From NCBI RefSeq assembly GCF_002105155.1, contig NW_019028998.1, positions 124,001 through 188,000 of the forward strand: DNA of 64,000 bases, read 5' to 3'. The DNA comes from Lobosporangium transversale (Eukaryota). This document shows, piece after piece, positions 27,095-39,633 of this stretch. The translations under genes and the position numbers were made by a program. The notes under the pieces were generated by a model. It saw only the letters and a list, made by a program, of their open reading frames with translations. It was not told the DNA's origin and ran no database searches. Every line of letters begins with the position of its first letter. The first letter of the stretch is position 1.

Positions 27095-27341
27095 TAGCTT
27101 TCATTAAAGATCCCGTGCTGTGTGGCTTCTCGTGTTTCATATTAGAGCATTTACGCACCACTGTCTTTGCATTTGTTCAAATTCCTTTCCATCATTCACT
27201 TCTTTCCCAACATTCTTATTCTTTACATTTCTACATTATTACGCCATACTCCTTCTTTCTCAGTGAACACCAGCTGTGTTCGGTGTGGCACTCCTCCCCC
27301 TCCTTCCCACACATTGTTCAATTTGCTGCTTCCGCATTCTT

Positions 27342-28708
27342 ATGGATCTAAACCATGACAGGTGTGCCTACAATTTTTTTCTTACCCGACACTTTTTCAG
27401 TCTCGACACGTCTGCAACAACAATAATATCTATCAATATTAATAATAACTAATAATAATTAATAATAACGATAATAATAAGAATAATAAGAACAATAAGA
27501 ATAATAATAACAACAATAAAGAAAAAAGAGTATCATGTTTGATGTCATCATTGCCTCTAACGCTTCAATGACTCCCCTTCGCTTCTTATTTCATATTCTC
27601 TGTTCATACGATTGGACAGCGCAACCGAGCGGTACACCGAGACGCTCAACTCGGCCCTCACCTATTTCAGTTCCTTGGCCCAGTCTAATGCAGGTTGGAA
27701 ACGTCTCTCCTCTGCCTCAGTTCGCCCATTGAGTATGTGCGACTCGAAACTTTTTTTCTTAAAAAAAAAAAAAAAAAAAAAAAAAGAAAAAAAGAGGATG
27801 CTTTGTAGAAGCAAGCAACTGAAGATTGATGCATCATTATCTGACTTTTCCCCCATATACTTTCTTCTCCTTTCTTTCTCTGATTCTTTGACTCTTGTAT
27901 CATTGTCATCTTATTACGTGTTGTCCATATGTCCATTTGTAAATGGATATTTGCGATTTAATGACCCTGAAAAGGAAACAGTCATTTAGGATCCCCCACT
28001 AGTGGAAAGGGTGGCGGCCCCTTCTCGTCATCGTCAACGCCATCATCTCCTAATACTAATCGGAGTAGTCAGCACTACTATCACCATGATGATTCCATGT
28101 CTAATTTGCAAAATGGACCTCCAATGCCATCTTCGGCAGCCTCTGCTGCGATCGAGTCACTCTTACCCTCGATATCAGTGTCTAAGAAAAGTGTACCTGG
28201 TAAATCAGCCGAGATTGTCAGAGCTAGTATTACTTTGCCCGGTCTGAACGAACAGACGGATCTGGAAGACTGGAGAGCTGTGCTTGAATGTCCAGGAGCA
28301 AGGAAAATTTGTAAGGATCCATTTATGAATGACTATATTAATACATTTTAAAATCATGCATCGATGTGTTTGTTTTAGAAGTTCATTATGCCCTGAATCC
28401 AGACGTTTCTCACAGATGATCAATTATTCTGATCACATTAAAAAAATGATAACAACAATAATAAACAAATTAGGGGATCCAATGGTGGATAGCTCAACTG
28501 TACTAATGACCCTGGACGACTCAACTTGTATCACCAAAACAATCTTCAAAACCACATGGCCAGCAAGGTAGGCAGAGGGGATAAATTTCGCAACATCTTT
28601 GAAAAGCCTTCTTCCCAACATTAAAATAGTCAATAACTGACAAACGTTTTTGTCAATCTTTCTTGAGTGGATTCGACGATGTTCAAATGCTGTAAAGCAG
28701 AAAAAAAG

Positions 28709-28741
<33 letters not shown>

Positions 28742-31700
28742 AAAATCTCATGCATTCGGTCTTTTTAATTTTTTTTTTTTACCGTTGCCCGATTTGATAT
28801 GTATCTTTTGGGAAATGAAAAGGGAGGATCATGTTGTACCACCAAGCAAGATTCTTTGAGATAATTCTGTGGGGTTGGGCTCTTTTTTTTTTTTTTTTAC
28901 AAATGAATTAACACAATGATTGAATCTCAGCCCTAGAGACGCCCTTCTAATCGAGACAACGCTTTTGGATCACAATGCAGTGCTACATATTGCTACATCA
29001 ATCAAGCCATCCGAGGATGACCCTATCTTTATGCGACCCTCTCCTCCTCATGTCCGCGCATATCTTCCATTGGTTGTGTGGCATATTCAGCTTGTTCCTG
29101 CAGATATTGAAGATACGATCTCTTTTACCTCGTTCAATTCCTTGGCAGCAACTCATAGTAAACCTGTCATGCCGCGACATTCTATCCGTGTCAGTTTTTA
29201 TTACCAAATCGACATGAGAGGTTGGGCCGTCAATTCATCAGTTTCTATGCAGTCCCACGTTCCGTCCTGCATTGCTAATGTATATAGGCTATTGAGACGA
29301 CAAGGCGTTCCACCCCATGTCAGTCGACACAGTGCTAGGATACAGTTGGATCTAAACGAGTACGACCCCGCTACAGGAATCTATGAGCTCCGATATGATG
29401 TCATTCCGGCAGATTCAGACGACTTGTTGATAGACCGAAAGACAGTATCGAGCGCATTAAAGCAATTTCGATTAGGAGGCTCCTCATCATTGGAGGAAGG
29501 GCCAGAGTTGATCATTCAGGAGAATGCCAACGATAACAATAACGACGCTAGCATCAAAGAGGATCCGTCGACGACTATCCCTCCAGAGCATGTATTATCT
29601 GATGATGACGAATTAGATGAGATAGAAAATGAACTCTCAGACGATGCTACATCCTCACAACAAGTCGGATACGTGGATGTAGAACTAGATGGCGAGAAAT
29701 GGGGTTTAGGAAGTGACATTGTGGTACATATCTTTATGAACGATATTGAAGATGAAGAATTTGTACGGGAACATGTGGAATGCCTCAAATATATGGGCCG
29801 AAATCGATATATTCTTCGAATGAAACATACAAATATTGAGTCCAATCAAGGCGCTACCAATGTCAAACTACGGATTGAACGTATTCCTCAACAACAGCAG
29901 AATGCTGGCGGTGCTGCTAATTTGATGACGCATCAGCAGCTCTTGTTTCAACGTCAGCAGCAGGAGCAGGAACGGTTATTGCAACTTCAGCAACAGCAGG
30001 AGCAGCAACAACCTGAACAGACGGGTTCAGACCATGCCCATGTATCCGACCCAAATGGACTCATTGTTTCTGTTAATGGTCATGAAAAAAATATTCGTCC
30101 ATTCCGTAGGTCGTCTCTTCAGAATGGAAGCAAACGAGGCGGTATGTCGCTTCAGGAACAACTAGAGCTCAGTCAACAAATTGTGGAAGAAGTTAATGAA
30201 AATTCTGGTCATTGGCGTTCCGAATCCGATGGAGCAGAAGTGCACGAAAACAGCAGTAACAGCGGTGGTGGGAACAAGAGCACTACTTTCCCTCTATTGC
30301 TGATGTCTTCTTCAATGTCAGCAACAAAGCAGAGTTTATTTCGAAGTAATCGCAGTTTCTTGAGTAATGGTACCAGCACCATGACTTCTGGAAATACGAA
30401 TCCTAGCAAGGTAAACAACAGCTATAGTTACTTTAGCTCATTGTTGAATGAGCCAACGACATCATGGAAACATGTCACGAAACAGCGTGGAGTCCAAGTG
30501 TCGAAGCTTGATGTTCAGGGCCATGCTCCAGGGATTGTTAAAGGGGAGGGCATCTTCGAAGATTTCTCGATCTGGGATATCAAAGCGGCCCTGGACTGTC
30601 CATCTGCACGCAAGATTTGTAAGTTTTTTTCTTTCTTTCTTTCTTTATTTTTTCTTCTTCTCCTTTAATGGCCATCCATTCCTCTTTCATGAGCCTGTTG
30701 TTTCTGCTAAATATGGGATCGAGCTATACTATGGCTTCGTAAAAAGTGATTGAAATTGTTAGTTGATAACCCCTGTTATTATTGCTGCAATTATCATTAG
30801 GGGACAAAATGTTTGATGAATCTCACATGCTTCAACATGTCACACCGAGCTCAACCCTTAATTATGTGAGGTTGAAAGGATTCTGGCCAACAAGGTAAAA
30901 GAGAGAAAAAAGAAAAAAAGCAAGCAATAAAAATTGTATGACCATCTTCACAACTATTAACACGTGCTATCGTCGCTACTATCGCTCTACATGAAAAATA
31001 GTCCCAAGGATATGGCGGTCCTGAACACAACTTTCATAACTAAGGAAGCGATTCATTTTTTTGCAACTTCTGTTGACGATACAAACCAATACCCCTCCAT
31101 CCCACCTCCTGTATCTCCATTTGTTCGATCTGAGCTTGTAGTATCTGGCTGGTATTTGGAGAAAGTTAAGCCTCAGAGTACTCGAATTGTGTATATTGCC
31201 CAGGCAGCTCCTACGGGCTGGATGGTTCCTGGGACGACCCTTAGCGCAATGACAACAGAGATGCCTCTCTGTGTTGCAGAGATCATTAAGTACTTAAACA
31301 CGTACGGCAGTCCTCCAACTTTGGTCAGTATTCGTAGAGGACGTGCACTGGGTATAGAGTACTCACATACTAAGACAACCTACCGCCTCGAGTATATCCC
31401 AGACAGCAACCCAATCTTTTCAGGGCAGAGGGGGGCCGCTCAACAGCAGCAACAAGCATCTTCTGTCAGAGAGAGCACTATTGATATCACTGCAGATGTT
31501 GGAACGCCTGACAATTCACAGACCCATTCTCCGAAGCTTGCTCCGGCAGACAAATTGCTCGCTGAAATCCGTTTGGATGCTCGGGTCTGGGCATTCAATG
31601 GGGATTGTGATGTTACGATTGACCCTCCGCCATTCAAAGTCACTTGTAGCTGCGTGCCTCATGATGGACCAGGACTTCGGTTAAGAGTGGAGCACTCAGG

Positions 31701-34700
31701 CGGGCGAGCAGTTCCTGAAGGGGGAAAAGTTCTGTTGATGGCACGGAAGCCCGCGAAGGCAGGGTGTGGTCTTGTAGTAAACGGTGTGCCTGTCAAGATG
31801 CCATCTCTCGAGCACCTTGAAGCATGGACAACAGCAATGCAATGCAAAGCAGCAACAGCAGCAACACCCTCTGAAAGAGAAAAGGATAGAGCGTTGACGA
31901 TGTCTTTGATGGATGGCGCTCTGTCGGAAAAGGAGAAGCAGGATGATGATGAAGATGACGATAATGATGACAGGCCGGGAGCAGTTGGATCGAAGGTCAA
32001 CAGTAGAGAAGCTTCCTCTGCATCGTCTCTTTCCCCAGGAAGTAAAGTAACCGGGAAGACTTCATTAGATCCCTTAAAGATAGCAAGCATGAAGTCCTCT
32101 AGCCATGGCGACGGCACTGGCTACAACAGCGACAGTGGTAATGAAAATGAGGCAACTAAACAGCGCGGACATAAATCATCCTTGAATCCCTTTCAGTATG
32201 CTCAGGGAGCTCTGGATTTGTTGATGAAGATCAAAGCTGATTCTGAGGACAAATGGTCGGTTGTGTCAGATACAAAGAGTGGTATGAAGGTCACAAAACG
32301 GTTCATGCCGGCCGAAATTTCTGATCAAGTTCCGCTAGTCCGTGGAGAGAAGGTCATTGAGGGGTTCTCATTGGAGGAAATCGCAACTGTCATCAGCACT
32401 CTTGGAACAAGGTCTAAACGTAAGTTTTTTTATTTTATTATATTATATTTTATTTAAAGCCAATCTTGCTCAAGAAATTGGCCAGGGCCATTTATTAATA
32501 CCGCCTACATTTCTTTTTCTTTTTCTTTTTCTTTTTGCTATTCTTTTTACTCCTTCATCTCTCGGTATTGCAATTTATTGCTATCTGTAATCATAGTGGA
32601 CGGCCTGTTCGATTCTGGGGAAATGCTAGAGTCATTCGGCTCAGGATGTGCGATCTTTCATCATGTACTCAAGAGCTATTTCCCATTACCACTCCCTGCT
32701 CGAGACCTTTACTTCGTCACAGCTACAGCTGCTGCAGAAGCTGGTGCACGCTGTCCACAAATTGTTATTGTCTCCACATCCATCCCACCTGAGGCTGCAG
32801 TAGCCACTCCACAACATTTATTCCCTTCACCATCAGCTCAAACAGAGCCCCTGATTGAAGCAGCATCTTCGCCACTGGCAACAGCATCGTCATCAAAGCT
32901 GAAAGCAACCCAGAGTCGCCCTCTTGCGCATTTACATCTTTCGGCCTGGATTCTGGAAGGCATTGATCCATATAGTTCCAGTCATCATCCGATTCCATCC
33001 ACTCGTGTCACTTTTATGACAGCTTTAGATTTGGGCGGGTCGGTTCCACAAAGGATCAGCGGTTTGCTTCAAACTACTTTCCCCAAGATGATTACTCAAG
33101 TTGAAAGCTATCTACAGCAACAAGCAACACCACCTATTGTACGCATTCCAACACAGATGGTCATCCAAAATATTTCAGGTAAAGATAATCTTTGCGAGGA
33201 AAAACAAAAAAACAAAAAAAAAAAAAAAAGGATCACCTTGTCTTATCCATTGTAAATAATCCATACTTTTTATTCAATGTACATAGACACAGTATCAATT
33301 GACGAAGAGCGAGAGAATGGGGTGCCATGGATACTACCCAATGTATCACCTTGGACCCCACCTGCCAGCAAGATGCTCTTTTCAGAATTTAATCAGAAAG
33401 ATTCATACTGTGAGATGTTGCTACTTTTTGATCAATTTCAGTTGCACCCTTCAAGACTTGCTCTTGCTGCTGAAAGGCGCCTCCGGGAAGCGAAGAAGAA
33501 ACATCGGCAGCTGCGGCGTGGAAAGTCACGCGTCTCAAAAGAATACTCAAATTTGTCCTATCATGCAGATGGTGATTTTAGCGATCAGGAGTTACAAGAG
33601 GCTGAGGAGAATAAGGAGGAGGAGGAAGGGATCAAACTCGAGAACAAGGGAAAGAATAAGAATGAAATATCTAAAAACAACGATGACGGAAAGGATGAGT
33701 GGAATTCTTTAAAATCGAAGCAGCGAACTGTACTAGAGTTGGTCTTGGATTTAAAACAGTACCCCATGGGTTATAACATCATGACCAACATTAAGGTCGA
33801 CCCCGAGTTCCTGCTCCAACAAAAGCAGCAACGTGACAAGAGATTTGCGCAAGGTAGCCATCAGCATCAGCCTTATCACCCACTCATGTTGACAAACGCA
33901 ACGTCGAAAACCAAGCTGATAGGATCAACATCTTCAACAACATTGACAACCAACATGAGTGCTCATTACAGTGCTACAGGCACTAGTACGAGCAATAACA
34001 GTAGCAGTGGACTCAAATCTATTAGCGGATTAGACCATGCAGTAGCTGCTACCCCTAGTACAAGTAGTACTGCCACCACTGTATTTGATAACAGCAATGC
34101 TCGACACTCCTTAGATGGCCATGACTCAATGCGTGCTGCTACCTCTTCAGAGGCTGCCAGTAGTGGAACAGGCATTGCGGCAGTGTTAGGAAGCTCTGCT
34201 AATGTCCCTCGAGCACTTCCATCATCAATGTCACTGATTAGGATTTTGCCACCGCCTATTACTGTTAACGTTGTTGATATTCCACCAGCGCCTTCACATT
34301 CTTCTTCACTCTCAGGCACTTCAAAGCGAAGAAAACACTTGATTATTGTCACTGTTCCTGAAGCTGAGAGTAGTATGGTGCACGTCAATGCGCAACAAAC
34401 CGTCTCTGTTATGGGCCCACAGGCAATCAAGGCAACTGGTAGCGGCGCCGCTGCCCCACGTATTGTCCCCGGTACCACCACCCCAAAACCAATAGTTACC
34501 ACGAGCTTTGTAACAGGGACAAACTCCACAGATTTCTTACCTGAGGATCGCCACAACACTGAGCCAAAACAATCTCGACGCCAGCACCATATATCTCAGG
34601 ACTCAGATACTGTGATGGATATACTTCCGCCGTCTCCTCTCTATCCTGGGAAGTTACCGCAAGGACGGGCGACAGTGATGCCTAGTACAACGGGCTTGGT

Positions 34701-36558
34701 TCCTAACAACTCGAGGCATCATCAACCATCCATCCCAACTACAACTGTCTTTACATCTGTCGCAGCATCAGCAGAAGTTGAGACACGTCTTTTCCAACTT
34801 GGCATTAAGATCGATCGTTTGGAGCACAAGGATCTGGACCATGAAACTTTAAAAAGGGCCGCCAAAAACGACGTAATGAATTCATCATCCTCCCCATCCA
34901 ATGAAAAAGAATGGCTAGGAAAAGTCATGGTGGATGGACTGCCAGTTGAAGTGATTACGAGTTGGCCAAGGCATGAACTTGGATACCTGGATGGTATGAT
35001 GGAAACGGAAGTGGAAGATGAAGAACAACAACATATTGAGGATCAAAGACATAGTAGTTCTTCATTGAGAGAGAAGGGTCCGGATAAGAAGAAAGTTTCT
35101 TCAGGTAGAAATGATGAGGGAAACTATCTTATCGAAGAAAACCCTGTTAAGGCTGAGATTGTGGCTGACGAAGATCGCCAAAGGCGCCGTAGCACCACTA
35201 TTACACGTCGGAAAAGTCATAGGCACCAGCAGATTGTTAAGGTGTATGAGGGTCTGGATCAGGAAGGTCAGGAGGAGTCCAAGTCATCATCATCTCATAG
35301 CTCGCGTAGGACACTGGACCGAAACCTCTCTAGTAGCTTTAGAGCCAACCGCAACAACGACAGTGCTCAACCTACTAGCTCCATGTATGGCTTGTCTAAT
35401 ATCTTGATGAACGTTGGGCTATTCGGAGCTGGATCTCAGAAAAAGGGATCACGAGATTTGAAAGCCTCAGCCAGAGGCAGCTGCTATTCTGATATTGATT
35501 ACAGAGACTTGAACCATGATAATAATGACAGAACGATACGTGCAGGCAAAAAGAGTATGAATAGAGGTAGCCTTGGGGCGACCTTAAGCAATAGCAATAG
35601 TAACAATCATCATGGCAGGAACAATAACAACAATGAAAAGCATGGTGGGGCTTACAAGTCTTCAGATCATCATGATTTAGACTTGGAAAGTTTGCATGGA
35701 TCGATTGTTTTCAAGGATGATGATGTGTACACAGATTCGGATAGAAAGGATGACTATGGCCATGACTATGCTAGGCAAGAGGCTTCTGAACGAATAGCAC
35801 GACGGCAAAACGGCTCGATAAGAAGAAGGAGAGAAAGTGAAGATAATTTCACTGTAGTCTCCAGCGACGAGGAAAGAACTTCTAAAGGATATTTTTCGAA
35901 AAATCAAGGCGATGAAGTTCGAAGGAGGAGACGTGGCAGTCGCAATGGTGATGAAGCACAGCAGCAGCAGCGTCATTATGAGGGCCCTGAATTCCCTTCC
36001 AGATCTCTTCAGAATAATCGTCATCGTCGTCGCAGTAGCCGCTCATCCAACATTATACATAGCCACAACCTTTATCGTTCTTCAATGAGTAATGGTGGCG
36101 GTAGAGGCCAGACTGTTGACCGTCGATATGGGTCTACGAATGGCGCGGATCATCCTCGTTTTAGAGGAAGTCAGTTGTATGCATACAGTTTTAGGAATCT
36201 GTTTTGGACTGCAGCGGTCTGTTTTATCATGGGGCTGTTATTGAGGATCTATGTAATAGGACCGTCGTATACCAAGACTGTAGTATCTTCAGCATTCGAA
36301 AGTGCAGGGTTCGATTTAGGTGGATCAGGGTCAGGCTCGGGTTCATCGAGGGGACCTACTACCTATTATTATTACCATACTATACCTAAGAAAACTGCGC
36401 CAACATCACAAGACCCACCTTCCTCATCTACTTCCTCATCCTCCACAACAGCAAGAGTTCAAACCAACCAAGAGATCCGAGAGTTGTTTACAGTCCGGAA
36501 AGTATTTGGATGGGACTTTGTGCTCTTGGCCTATCCATCGCATAAGGACCAGTCGTAA
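27342..36558 (+). CDS. Very large protein with three START/Bet v1-like lipid-binding domains and a C-terminal transmembrane segment
   Basis: First exon ATGGATCTAAACCATGACAG|gt joins in phase to 27620. Three repeats of the START pattern W(K/S)...K...(V/I)(R/K)(A/G)...RK.WD.(M/L)FD...WP..PRD, at approx. 27.6-29.3, 30.4-31.3 and 32.2-33.1 kb. Hydrophobic LFWTAAVCFIMGLLLRIYVIG near the end. Confidence 0.85.
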
Positions 36559-36716
36559 ACCCGGAACAGAACAAAACAAAACAAGAGAAACGCAAAATAA
36601 CTCTTGGCATTTCACCTTGTAATAAATATAATGCAATTTGTATCACTAGAAGAGGAAAAGAGAGCTTCTTTTTTTTATAACAAGGATTCACGAAGTTTGA
36701 TAACGAGGACCACAGA

Positions 36717-36843
36717 TTTTTTTTTTCTTTGATAATAAGGACCCACGAGGTTATGTAGGATTTATATAGATGTTAGCTCTATAAATGGGTTGCCCTATTA
36801 CCGGGGTCGCAAATAAAGCGGTATCCAATAATCGGCTGAAGCC
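36717..36843 (-). mobile_element. Severely 5'-truncated non-LTR retrotransposon copy (last ~115 nt of the 3' UTR plus poly(A))
   Basis: T-run followed by GATAATAAGGACCCACGAGGTTATGTAGGATTTAT...AATAATCGGCTGAAGCC. Near-identical to 38893-39005 and the reverse complement of the LINE 3' end. Confidence 0.85.
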
Positions 36844-36944
36844 ATTGTGGTACCACAAGGACAAAAGCCTTCTGTTGTGAGTCCGAGGCAGAAGCGCGCG
36901 CTACACAACATAACGGAGAGGCCCTCGACAGACGGCTACGTAGG

Positions 36945-38660
36945 ATGGCACAAGAGGAATTGGATTCTGTTCCGACAGTGAACAATAAAGCACCTCAAGC
37001 CAACGTTAGTCCAGGACTAGCAGATCACACAGGAGTCGTGGTACCACAAGATGTCATGGAAAGCATTCTAAGGCAAAGAGAAAGGTTAGTAGGAAGGGAG
37101 AGAATCTCTTTATTCTCTGATGGATCGTTAGAGAATGCAGGAAAGGACTCAGCGCGGATGGCTTTTGGAGTTGTTGCGCAGGAGAACGTGGACGAATACA
37201 CAGCAGTAATATCTGAAAAAGTTGATGACTATCCCTCATCCACCAAGGCAGAACTGGCAGGTCTATTCGCAGCAATACTTATTAGTCAAGGAATGTACCA
37301 ATAACAGTCTATGTAGACAATATGGCAGTAGTTACGCAGTTCAAACCCCTGGTGAGTGGAAGAGAGGGATGCACGGAACGACAACGACTTCACTCAACTT
37401 ATGCTATATGGTGGGCAGCAGTTTATAACGCATTCGTTCGACAGGGCCGAAAAGTCAACGTAGTCTGGATTAAGGGACATGTAGGCAACAAAGGCAATGA
37501 AAAGGCTGATCAGGTAGCCAAGGAGGGACACTTTAGTGAACTGTGGAAATTGAAGGAACAGGAATACAATGACTTCAGATGTCACGCTTTCTTCAATGGA
37601 GACGTAATAGAGGACGACCTTCGCCGACTCCTGAAACTACAATCTGCTGTCAGGACGAATGCGACCTGGAGTGTGCAGAACAGGACCAGCCGTTACATCG
37701 CAGATTGGAAAGAGATTGATTGGAAGGTGACTCTACACATTATCCACGACGGTAACACCCCAAGAGGGCTATTCACCAGTCCAACTGACTGCCAACGACG
37801 AGCTCACAGGGTCAAGAAGCTACATGGCATGCTCCCAACGCTTGCTTACATGAAGCAGTGGAGACCAGATATCTATGACACAGACATCTGCAGAGCGTGT
37901 GAATCAGAAAGAGAGGACACAGAGCACCTTCGGAAGTGCCCTATCACAGATGACAAGCAGTTGGAAGGGTGAACAAGAGCGATTGAGGATATCAATCGCG
38001 ACGGACAAAGGGCTCTAGCGAAGGAGAGGAAACTTTGGGAAGACAAGTTGCGTCGGGCACTGGCATCAGGGCAGAAGCAGATTGGCAGGGTACCTACGTT
38101 CATGCCAGCAAGCGAAGAGGTGATATGGGCGTCATTGGAAGCCATGTACAGAGGAGCTGCTGCAATTCGACAGACGGCTGAATTGTGTTACGACGATGAA
38201 GGAGATGAAGATGGCGGCGGTGAGAGAGCCATCAGGACAGTCCAAGACCTTTGCCATGGGTTGGTGCCGAAAAACTTGGTCAAGAATTGGAAAGATACTT
38301 TCAAGACAACCGCATCTATTGCAAAATATGTGGTTTGCAGATTCATCAAAGCTATCGAGGAAATCGGAAGGACTGAGATCTGAAACAGACGCTGTAAAGT
38401 CACTGTCGACTGGGAAAGAACTAAAGGCATCACCTCTGCGAGCAAACGCGCCAGGGAGCGCACCTGTGTTGGACAGCACAGACGTAGCAGAAGTGGTTTC
38501 TTAGGACCTACCCTGAGACCACGACGAACAGCTGACGTGAAAGCGATCAGGACGGAAGCTGACCAAAGAGTAGCGAGGGAGCTATCGGCAACAATTAGAA
38601 CTGATAGTAATGGAACGGCTGGGAGGGTGTCGCTTTTTGATGATTGAGGACTGCGGCTAG
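36945..38660 (+). pseudogene. Disrupted LINE ORF2 C-terminus (RNase H + zinc knuckle)
   Basis: RNase H motifs FSDGS, SSTKAELAGL, VYVDN (after a frameshift near 37290) and WIKGHVGNKGNEKADQVAK. C-x2-C-x8-H-x3-C knuckle CRACESEREDTEHLRKC. In-frame TGA at 37970 and 38381. Terminus MERLGGCRFLMIEDCG* is matched by MERLESCKFLMIEDSG* in the nested copy. Confidence 0.85.
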
Positions 38661-38860
38661 AAGATGACTTTCGCGCACAACAGGCTAAGTAGGGAGCAGG
38701 GCTCGTCACAGGTTCCGTAGGGATGAAGACTTACCACTCATGCTGACGTGGTTTGTGAATAGGATGTTGTACAGTGGCAGTTCAACGATGTGGTTAAGAC
38801 CGATTATTAGAAAACGCTTTATTTGGGCCCCATTTATAGAGCTAGCGTCTAAATAAATCA

Positions 38861-38863
<3 letters not shown>

Positions 38864-38892
<29 letters not shown>

Positions 38893-39225
38893 GATAACAA
38901 GGGCCCACGAGGTCATGTAGGATTTATTTAAATGTTAGCTCTATAAATGGGTTGCCCCATTACTGGGGTCACAAATAAAGCGGTATCCAATAATCGACCG
39001 AAGCCGCATCGTCATACTGCCACAGTACTACATCCTGTTCATAAACCACGTCAGCATTGAGTAGACTTCCTTGGTCCCAGAGGACCTGTGGCACGGCTCT
39101 ACTCCCTACTTGGCCTGTTGTGCGCGAAGGTCATCCTTTAGCCGCTGTCCTCAATCATCAAAAATTTACAGCTTTCCAGGCGCTCCATAATCGCCAATTC
39201 CACCTGCTGCCGGTAGCTTGCCGCC
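38864..39225 (-). mobile_element. Nested antisense 5'-truncated copy of the same LINE family with a 15-bp target-site duplication
   Basis: Poly(A) appears as the T-run 38864-38892. The body is a diverged reverse complement of 38580-38863 plus the tail. The direct repeat CTAAATAAATCATAC flanks it at 38849-38863 and 39226-39240. Confidence 0.92.
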
Positions 39226-39382
39226 CTAAATAAATCATACATGACCTCGTGGGTCCTTGCTATTAAAAAAAAAAGACTTTATGACATCTCACCAGAACTG
39301 ATCACGTGATCACTGAGCGCTTAAACGCGTGCGATACGTACTTAGAATGTATAGTACTAAAATGATTCTCTTATCGCTGATA

Positions 39383-39453
39383 GCGTGGTTGGTTTAGTGG
39401 TATAATTACCGCCTGCCACGCGGTAGACCCGGGTTCGATTCCCGGACCACGCA
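39383..39453 (+). tRNA. tRNA-Gly (anticodon GCC), intronless
   Basis: GCGTGGT/ACCACGC acceptor stem, anticodon arm ACCGC-CTGCCAC-GCGGT, T-arm CCGGG-TTCGATT-CCCGG, A/B boxes, followed by a TTTCTTTT Pol III terminator. Confidence 0.97.
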
Positions 39454-39633
39454 TTTCTTTTATATATTGCATTTTTTCTCCAGAATCACAAGCCACGTTG
39501 TAAAACGTTTTCCTGGAAATTGATCTTTGGCACACAGCAATATCTTGGTTCTGAATTCTAATTTCTTATTGTGCTCATTTCGAAATACTTAGAACTAAAG
39601 AAACAGGTGTCTAGAAACGGAGGAACAAAGATT

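Larger units (their letters stand above)
36844..39274 (+). mobile_element. 5'-truncated non-LTR (LINE) retrotransposon with RNase H and CCHC knuckle, 3' UTR and poly(A) tail; interrupted at 38863 by a nested copy
   Basis: Decayed ORF2 end, 3' UTR 38661-38863 continuing at 39241-39264, poly(A) 39265-39274. No RT domain is left, consistent with 5' truncation. Confidence 0.85.

Noticed and set aside
36945..37972. Cellular RNase H1 gene
   Set aside because: It is frameshifted, lacks the hybrid-binding domain, and is followed by a LINE-type CCHC knuckle, a repeated 3' UTR and poly(A).
37970..38383. In-frame TGA codons as selenocysteine/readthrough or as a RIP signature
   Set aside because: Both fit ordinary TGG>TGA decay in a dead element. 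The context is not CpA and there are too few sites to infer anything.
36717..39274. Reading the island as a DIRS/Penelope or DNA transposon with terminal inverted repeats
   Set aside because: The apparent TIRs are oppositely oriented LINE 3' ends, each with its own poly(A). The 15-bp TSD shows nesting. There is no tyrosine recombinase, GIY-YIG or transposase.
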